Source: Bigelowiella natans CCMP2755 (taxonomy: Eukaryota > Protista > Cercozoa). Taken from it: a stretch of 64,000 nucleotides of DNA. Shown in pieces: positions 58,078 through 64,000 of this stretch. Below the pieces are notes generated by a model. It was not told where the DNA came from and ran no database searches. It worked only from the letters and a program-made list of their open reading frames with translations. A program made the position numbers and the translations under genes. The stretch covers positions 14,541-78,540 of the forward strand of contig ADNK01000245.1 of assembly GCA_000320545.1 (NCBI GenBank), read 5' to 3'. Numbering within the stretch: the stretch's first letter is position 1; the number at the start of each line of letters is the position of its first letter.

Positions 58078-59353
58078 CTACCTGTATATTCCTTGCTTAT
58101 TGTTGTTGTTTGAGATAATTGGCGCTCCGAACGTTTCGAAGACGCGCTCGAACCAGATCTTTTGGTCGTTGTTGAAGCCCGTGTCCCACTCGGCGATTAC
58201 GGGCGCTATCTGCCAGCGGAGTTCCTACAGCAGAGCAGGTTGAGACTTTACAATGTGGTATGCAGCTATGTGGTTTGCTGTGATATATGTTATCAACTAC
58301 GAGTGTTGAGACTCAATTCATAAAGACCTTCCTGAGAACCTCCAGAAGAGCCCTCCCCCCATTTGCCTCGACGAAGGCGCCGTCACTTAAGCGTGATAGA
58401 GCTTCTGTCGGATCTGCCAGGAACCCAGCAATCGACCCTACATTAGGCGACAATCCGAATTGACAACAATTACGCACATCCGCCGCCATTGCATTCCAAA
58501 AAGCGAGGAGACGTGCGATGAAATGGATAATGCGTGAAAAAATCGTCTGCAATATTCGGAAGTCACACCCGACTTAGGTGTCTGTATCCGGAGATGCATC
58601 ACACTATCGCTATTTTGCGAATGCCGCGAATTAGTCACCGTCTCCGACATCTCTTCCCGAACGGCCAGCAGCGCGCACCTCCACGATTTCGTCCTCAGGA
58701 ACGAATGAAAACTCGATGTCATATGTCTCTGTTAACGCAGTTGGCGACAATGACGACGATGGTGATGAAGGGTCGGATGCAGTACTCTCTTCCACCTTTT
58801 CACATAGAGCGGGGAGGGGGTGGGGGGGGGGGGGGGATTACACCCGATGTGTTTGGAGTATTGTATTTATTAATATTTGTTCTCAGGTGTTGATACTTGC
58901 GCTATGTACAGCTTTTATGCTTACCTCGCCGCCAAGAGTCACTCGAAGGCGCAGGTAACCGAGCTCATCATCCCGCTCCTTCATTAAGTTCATTATGAGT
59001 ACGCGGAGAGAGATGCGGAGGAAAAGGAGATCAGTCATGCAACGAAATCTAGCGCTAGTTTTCTTCCCAATTTTTAACATCACGAGTAACCATCTCGGTG
59101 GAGCGACTCTATTGAATCACCATGCAACATCGTCGTCACTATTACTACTGGTTCGTCATACTACCATCATTATCATCGTCATCATCATCATCATCATCAT
59201 CAATAACTGACCAGAACTTTCCCTCTGAAGGGATTCGCTTGGATCACGTTCTTTGGCCCTGGTGCAGCTGGGAGATTCTCGTTGCCTCCGACAACTTGCA
59301 GCGTGCTCTCCAGCACCCACACCGCAACCTGGAGGCAATACACTTTTTTTAAC

Positions 59354-59388
<35 letters not shown>

Positions 59389-59620
59389 TCATCTTCATCA
59401 TCACCATAATAACAGCTCATGACTCGTAGATAGTGGCTGCACGTGCAAGTACAATATCTACTCATACCCCCCGCCATCATCACTCTCGTCGTCTCGACGA
59501 TGACCCATCCTACCTCCTTCCTATCGCGCTCGCCTTGCACGATTTCGAGCTCCGACGATGCTCCTGTTGCGACGTCGACAAGCCTGCGACACACCCACAC
59601 ATACACATGTATAAATGTTG

Positions 59621-59663
<43 letters not shown>

Positions 59664-59750
59664 CGTATTATTATATATATCATGTTTTATTGATATTAAA
59701 CATTTATACAGTTCTGTTGGACCTTTGCATCGCGTCTTTCCGCGACGAAG
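58078..59750 (-). CDS. Hypothetical multi-exon protein
   Basis: GT-AG bounded exons, e.g. VAVWVLESTLQVVGG..., GSIAGFLADPTEALSRL...LLE|ELRWQIAPVIAEWDTGF...GIYR*; start uncertain. Confidence 0.5.
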
Positions 59751-60244
59751 CCGACCAAATCCAAGGCTCAACAAAATGGTACTTATCGTCGTTCTGTCGT
59801 ATGTTTTTGAGAGAAGAGTGGGGGCACGTTGAAGTGCATTTTTAGTGCACGTCTCTGGTGTGAGATAATATATGGCGGTTTTCGGTTCCTAATTGCTGTC
59901 TATTGATTAACAAGTCCAAACCTTTCAATCATGTTCACCCAGGTCACTCACACAAGTACAAAGACTCAAATACACACATGATAAATTAAGCATGTTTTTA
60001 TTTGTGTGCTAGCGCGTGCGTGTGTTATGTTCTACGTCTACAAATCATTCGATGTCAAGGTACCTCAGTAGAGACGCAGTCCCGAGAACTAATGCGACAC
60101 AAGCCCAATCGCAATGGCTAGTATAAGGAAAGAAACATCACCGTACAGCAGTTATGCACGCACGGAAACGAATCTCCGACGGTGTACTTCGTTGCAGCTT
60201 GATCCACTTTCAAGTTAAAACTGTCTAATGGAAAATTTGGATCG

Positions 60245-61372
60245 ATGGCAAAAAGGTCTTCTAGGTGCAAAGGCGGAAAATGGCTCTCGCATTCATCCCA
60301 TGGTTACAACATTACCCCGTCACGTTGCCCCCTTTCCGGCAAAGCGTCGTCGCCGGCCGGTTCGTACACATCCGAGGAAGAATGCGACGAGGGAGACAAC
60401 TGGTTATTCTCAGATGCTATAGAGGAATGCCCGCTCGGATTTCCAAGAGAAAGAACCAGGAGCGCCGCCGACAGACGCTGAAAGGCAGTACGACGCGCCA
60501 CCTGCGAAAACCACGCTCAAATTATGCCAGTCTCGTCGTATTGGAATAGAGGGGAAAGATTCCAAGCTCGTCAACACTATGATAGGATTACCCTCGCTGC
60601 AGATGGCCCCCATTTGGCGCATCGAGCCATATCGGCGGCTTCTGCTCAAATTTCGGGAGGGGGACGGGTGATTTATGACGAGCTGGAGAACCGACCTTTA
60701 ATCTCGAACTGCGACAGCAAAAATGCTCCTCATTTTTCTCCCGTGATTCACAAAATTCGAGAGTCTTCCGAGATTATCGAAAAAAATTATCTTTCCTTCT
60801 AAACTACGTTGTCAGATCTATCCCGATCTGTTCTGGTTTCTAAGGAAAGAATGATTGTCGCTTTTGTGAAAAGGATTACGTACTTGAAAAATTATCCTAC
60901 TGACGAAATGCTGTTCAGAACGATGGTATCATCGTGTCATAAATGCGAACAAAAAGAGAGGTTCACTAGAATTCAGGATTTACATTTTTGTTGTCGCTAT
61001 CTTAAATTTACGTTAAATTATGCAAATTTTCTCATCATGCCGAAGCGAAAAAGATCTGAGAATCGAGCTCGGCCGATATATTCAGATTCAGATTATGCAG
61101 TAAAGTATGATGAGTGCCTTGAATATACTCATCATATTCCCATGAATTGCTTAGTCGCAATAATAATTAGCACGAATTTGTTACTATTTTTTCGATTCTC
61201 ACAAAAATTTCAAGGACTAATTCAAAGGCCCCTTCCTCACGGTAAGCCCCCCCTCAACCGACGTGTTGGCAGCTTCGGAGGGTTGTTCCGACCTCCCTTT
61301 TCGAGAAACTGTTCGAAATCGAAGCCTGAGTTAACATTCCATCACACTCAATGGTTTCCCGTTTGTCATTAG
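60245..61372 (+). pseudogene. Intronless reading frame broken by two stops
   Basis: ORFs 60245, 60524 and 60809 share one frame, separated only by TGA 60479 and TAA 60800. Confidence 0.3.
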
Positions 61373-61414
61373 GATTTTTCACACTTGCTTCTGCCCAAGC
61401 CGAAGCATATCAAC

Positions 61415-63890
61415 ATGTCCACGTTGGCTAAGTCGCTGGTGTGCAGGATCCAGCTTGCCGTCAATGCTCTCTCAAGAAGACGAAGGTGTGGCTTGTGCTA
61501 TGAGACATTGAAATAATGATTCGCCCTTATGTGATTTGGCAAGGGGGGGGGGCGTATAATTAATTCGACCCATCTTCGAGTCGTTGTCATCCCCCTTCAT
61601 AATGGAGCTCACATCACGTTTCCCAGGAACATGTCCACCGTCGGTGCCGCCGCCCGTTTCCACGCCGCAACTTCTGCTGAATCCCTTCCTGACCCACACA
61701 ACGTGAGCAACAAGCTGGATGATGAAACCATTGAGGTGCGACCTCCAATGACAACACACATACACAAACACACACACGTACACACACATAATGTAAGCAT
61801 GTATCAAATTAATGTATCAATTATATATACTTTCGTTCAGATCTTTATCTCAAATTCCATGCACCTTTTTGTCATGAACTCTTGATTTATCATGCCTCTT
61901 CTTTCCTTCGAATTCTTATCTCTATTTCTCTTCTTCCGGACAATGGCGTATCAACGTCGAAGTGTCAACCTAGCCATTGAATATATCCATGTTAGACGAT
62001 CTATTCATTGCGTATGTCACTACTTATAGGCCATTGTCACCCGTTTAGAAGAGCGTGGAGAAGATCCCGTATTTCGCTCCCTCTTTAACTACTTTGACAT
62101 GGTAATGTAGAATAATAATATCTGAATCAATTCTTCGTAGGCACTGAACTGCCATATGTGTCGACGATGATCGCGATAAGAATCTGTCTCTTCGCTAAAT
62201 CCTTCCCCCCTTTCCCTCCCCCCTTCAAAATTCAACAAGATTCCATCGGACGCTCGTGTCTTGGAGGTGGGCTGCGGTACAGGGGTGATGTCTCGCGCGC
62301 TCGCAAAGCATCCAGGGTTTGAGGGCTCAATAACGGGAGTGGATCAGTGCATTCCCTTTCTTGAGGTTGCGAAGAAAAAAGCCGAAGAAGCCGGCTGTGA
62401 CATGAGTGTTACCAACTTCATTGAGGTAGTAGTAGTAGCAGTAGTAGTAGTAGTGGTGTGGGGGAGGAGGAGGAGGAAGAGGAGGAGGAGGAGACACACG
62501 AAGAAGATGACAAATACATGTATGCTTCCTTTAGTATATGGAATGGGAGGGTGTGTTGGATAATGATGGCTTGCCTATCAATATCGTCGTTCGTTCGTTC
62601 GTTCGTTCGTTTGTTCGTTGGGAGACGATAAGAGGGCTTATTGCCCATTATATCGTCGTTCGTTCGTTCGTTCGTTCGTTTGTTCGTTGGGAGACGATAA
62701 GAGGGCTTATTGCCCATTATATCGTCGTTCGTTCGTTCGCTCGTTCGTTGTTGAGAGTCGTTGTTCAGAGACGATAATAGGACAAAAACAATTTGGATGA
62801 TTTTTTCATACACACACATGCACATGCACATGCACATGCACATGCACATACACACGCGCGTGCTTGTGTGGGGCACGGCAAAGCGGAGTATGTCTGTCAC
62901 CTCGGTTCTTTTGATCTCTGTTCTCTCTCAAGCTTCCTGTCTCTTTCCCCCCCTTGTTCAGGGTGACGCTCATGACCTGCAAACGTCCCTGACCAATGCC
63001 GATCTTAAAGACGGCTTCGATGTAGTAGTGATGCACACGTTACTCTCACATGCCACGCATCCAAAAACAGTTCTCAGATCTGCTGCGGAGGTACTTGTCA
63101 AATATACCGCACCTCGCCCCCGCGCCCTTCATATCCTTCCTCCTCCTCCTTACCCAACCGATTGGAAATACAATCAAAGGTTGCGGGCTCGGGGGCGCTG
63201 CTGTTCGTAATGGATGGTGACTATGAAGGTCTCAGCTTTGGCCACAGGTATGTTGCGGCATGTACTTTCACAAAACTCATATTTCTAGGTTTAATATATA
63301 CTTCTGCATACATTACTATAACTAAACAATTTTGTGCTCGCTGATGTCGCGGACGACACACATTGCGTCGATGATCTGAGCGTAGCTCCCCCCCCCCCCC
63401 CCCCCCACCCTCCCTCTTTTTGTTGTTGTTGGACATAATAGTGAGAAGTGGATTGGGCGTCAGATGGATCAGGCTCTTGTTGAGGCTACATTCAAGAGGG
63501 TGCTATTCGTTGCTGCTTCATATTGTCGTTACAAATAATGATGATGGTGATGATGACGATGATGATAGCAATGCGCGTGGTGCAGAAGTCGGTTTGTCGG
63601 GTTGCAGACCGAGAAAACGCAGTAATTCGAAGCCGATCAAACTGCCTTATAATATGCTGACGCATCTTTCTCAAACCTCGACATTATAAGTCTCATCATT
63701 CATTCTATGTTGGTTCTCTAATCGCTGTTGGTTTGCTGCATTAGCCGGATATCATTCGGCATCTCGTAGCGAATATTGATCGGTGTGGCTGGTCGATAAA
63801 GGACTCAAAGGGTAATAAATAATAGTAGTTTTGAGCAGCAAACGGTAATAGCAATAATAATGTGGGAAATTAGGAAGTATTTTGAATACG

Positions 63891-63933
<43 letters not shown>

Positions 63934-64000
63934 AATGTTCTTTCTGACTGAGACCCTCCTCTTTCTTGCCGTCCTCCTCCTCCTCCTCCTCCTCCTCCTC
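61415..64000 (+). CDS. Class I SAM-dependent methyltransferase (UbiE/type 11-like) with mitochondrial-type presequence; 3' end beyond window
   Basis: AIVTRLEERGEDPVF, RVLEVGCGTG, ITGVD, GDAHDL, FDVVVMHTLLSH, LFVMDGDY. Confidence 0.85.
62581..62780. repeat. Intronic 69-bp tandem repeat (2 full copies plus a partial) containing (CGTT)n
   Basis: Units start at 62581, 62650 and 62719. Confidence 0.9.

Noticed and set aside
58340-58560. PUB-domain-like appearance of the hypothetical protein next to the ubiquitin relic
   Set aside because: Similarity too weak, and the gene appears to stop at 58078 before the ubiquitin frame.
62581-62780. Possible CRISPR-like array
   Set aside because: Units are identical tandem copies with no unique spacers, in a eukaryotic intron.

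Overview
Gene-dense, intron-rich eukaryotic nuclear DNA from a protist or alga. Bipartite signal+transit presequences suggest a secondary-plastid alga such as a chlorarachniophyte (inference). Gene models were assembled by eye from GT-AG exons, so internal boundaries are approximate. Recognisable genes: a carrier-family protein (partial), pyroglutamyl-peptidase I, a degenerate kinesin-like protein, DAD1/OST2, a PB1 membrane protein, a large REJ/GPS/PDZ receptor, a putative beta-sandwich transcription factor, MCMDC2-like, L2HGDH, a SnoaL/NTF2-like plastid protein, a DnaJ, a class I methyltransferase (partial), tRNA-Ile(AAT), a lone 5S rRNA, a broken PB1-fused pogo-like transposase and a ubiquitin relic. 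The most striking signal is not a gene. Several sharply bounded islands have lost almost every TpA dinucleotide to TpG or CpA, and the survivors are CTAG or half-sites (CTA/TAG). Aligned repeat copies show reciprocal TG/CA at the same positions. Together this points to a targeted, RIP-like but A-to-G hypermutation process acting next to gene 3' ends and on mobile-element remnants, while (TA)n tracts in introns are untouched.
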